A stretch of 64,000 nt of DNA from an uncultured Nitrososphaerota archaeon (GTDB taxonomy: Archaea > Thermoproteota > Nitrososphaeria > Conexivisphaerales > DTJL01). Each line of letters begins with the position of its first letter. The stretch's first letter is position 1. Positions 62,451-64,000 of the stretch are shown piece after piece. The stretch covers positions 96,001-160,000 of the forward strand of contig CAWJIE010000003.1 in assembly GCA_963842885.1 (NCBI GenBank), read 5' to 3'. The translations under genes and the position numbers were made by a program. The notes beneath the pieces were generated by a model. That model was given only the letters and a program-made list of their open reading frames with translations, was not told the origin of the DNA and ran no database searches.

Positions 62451-64000
62451 ATGTCTACAACCGCATATCCGGCCGTCACTTCGAGCGGACAACCCGTCCT
62501 TATCCTTAGGGAAGGCTCCAGCGAGGCCAAGGGGAGAGACGCCCAGCGCAACAACCTGGCGGCGGCTACCCTGGTCGCGGAGATCGTGAAGTCGAGCCTG
62601 GGCCCACGGGGGATGGACAAGATGCTCGTGGACACCTTGGGAGACGTCACCATCACCAACGACGGAGCCACCATCCTGAAGGAGATCGACATCCAGCATC
62701 CGGCCGCCAAGATGATGGTCGAGATCGCCAAGGCGACGGACGGCGAGGTCGGCGACGGCACCACCTCCACCGTGGTCTTCGCAGGGGCCCTTCTGGATAA
62801 GGCCCAGCTCCTCCTCGACAAGGAGGTCCATCCCACCATCGTAGTGGACGGATACAGGAAGGCCTGCACTCAATCCATGAAGATACTGGACGAGATAGCC
62901 ATCAAGGTCAAGGCGGGGGACCCGGAGTGGTTGCTGAAGATCGCCAAGACCACCATGGCGACGAAGATGGTTTCCAAGGACTCGGTGTACTTGGGCAAGC
63001 TGGTGGTCGACGCCCTCCTGCTCATAGCGGACAAGCATGACGACGGGACCTTCTCCGCCGACATAGACAACGTCAAGGTCGAGAAGAAGCCAGGCGGCTC
63101 CATCCTCGACACGACCCTCATCAGGGGCATCGTCGTGGACAAGGAGGTCGTACACGCGGGGATGCCGAAGCGGGTGGAGAAGGCGAAGATCGCCCTAATC
63201 AACTCGCCCCTTGAGATAGAGAAGACGGAGTTCGACGCGAAGATCAACATCACCGACCCGACCCAGATGAAGTCCTTCTTGGACGAGGAAACCGAGATGC
63301 TGAAGGCCATGGTGGAGAAGGTCAAGGCCGCCGGGGCCACCGTCGTCGTGTGCCAGAAGGGCATCGACGACATCTCCCAGCATTACCTTGCCAAGGCGGG
63401 TATACTCGCCGTGAGGCGGGTCAAGATGAGCGACATGGAGAAGCTGGCCAGGGCCACCGGCGGAAGGGTGGTGACCACTCTCGAAGACCTCACCGCTTCC
63501 GACCTGGGGAAGGCTGACCTGGTGGAAGAGCGGAAGGTCGAAGAGGACAAGTGGGTGTTCATAGAAGGCTGCAAGAACCCCAAGGCCGTCACGATATTGG
63601 TCAGGGGTGGAGGGCAGCGCATCGTTGACGAGGGGGAGAGGTCCCTCCACGACGCGATCATGACAGTCAAGGACGTGCTCGAAAAGCCCGCCGTCGTGGT
63701 GGGCGGAGGCGCACCGGAGGCGGAGGTGGCTTTCAGGCTACGTGAATGGGCGAGCACGCTGCCCGGCAGGGAGCAGCTGGCCGTGCAGAAGTTCGCCGAC
63801 GCCCTGGAGGTCATACCCCTGACGCTCGCCGAGAACGCGGGGATGGATATGCTCGACACTCAGGTCAAGCTGGCCGCGGCCCACGGCGAGAAGAAGGTCT
63901 GGTACGGCGTAGACGCCCTGAAGAACAAGGTGGGCGACATGTACGAGAGGGAAGTCTTCGAGCCCCTGAGCGTCAAGGTCCAGGTCATAAAGTCGGCCAC
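62451..64000 (+). CDS. ths: thermosome (group II chaperonin) subunit, 3'-partial; missing from the ORF track
   Basis: PVLILREG, SLGPRGMDKM, TNDGATIL, GDGTTS and GGGAPE; open to the window end. Confidence 0.96.
   Translation, partial: MSTTAYPAVTSSGQPVLILREGSSEAKGRDAQRNNLAAATLVAEIVKSSLGPRGMDKMLVDTLGDVTITNDGATILKEIDIQHPAAKMMVEIAKATDGEVGDGTTSTVVFAGALLDKAQLLLDKEVHPTIVVDGYRKACTQSMKILDEIAIKVKAGDPEWLLKIAKTTMATKMVSKDSVYLGKLVVDALLLIADKHDDGTFSADIDNVKVEKKPGGSILDTTLIRGIVVDKEVVHAGMPKRVEKAKIALINSPLEIEKTEFDAKINITDPTQMKSFLDEETEMLKAMVEKVKAAGATVVVCQKGIDDISQHYLAKAGILAVRRVKMSDMEKLARATGGRVVTTLEDLTASDLGKADLVEERKVEEDKWVFIEGCKNPKAVTILVRGGGQRIVDEGERSLHDAIMTVKDVLEKPAVVVGGGAPEAEVAFRLREWASTLPGREQLAVQKFADALEVIPLTLAENAGMDMLDTQVKLAAAHGEKKVWYGVDALKNKVGDMYEREVFEPLSVKVQVIKSA

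Overview
GC-rich archaeal chromosomal window. Alba, a group II chaperonin, ADP-forming acyl-CoA synthetase, and TATA boxes 25-40 nt ahead of TTG/ATG starts mark it as archaeal. A heterotrophic non-ammonia-oxidising Nitrososphaerota-like lineage is plausible, but this is an inference. The window is mostly accessory metabolism and transport: four ABC-exporter modules, a Dpp/Opp importer, a Tat-exported PaoABC-like molybdoenzyme operon, LLM/PPOX oxidoreductases, peptidases, two toxin-antitoxin-like pairs, a multi-PAS two-component system, TldD/PmbA and a partial thermosome gene. I saw no rRNA, tRNA, CRISPR array, integrase or transposase. Many genes, especially between 40 and 61 kb, are split by single-base indels that look like long-read errors, and several intergenic gaps hold truncated gene remnants. 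The most unusual elements are: (1) a dihydropyrimidine dehydrogenase PreA fused to a molybdenum-hydroxylase FAD subunit, with no PreT in the window; (2) an extracytoplasmic Mo-hydroxylase with a poly-Ser tether and a Cys in the CoxL-type active-site loop; (3) a stand-alone Lon N-domain carrying a C2H2-like tail; (4) a divergent ADP-ribosyltransferase-like ORF. All family calls come from motif recognition by eye; no database search was run.
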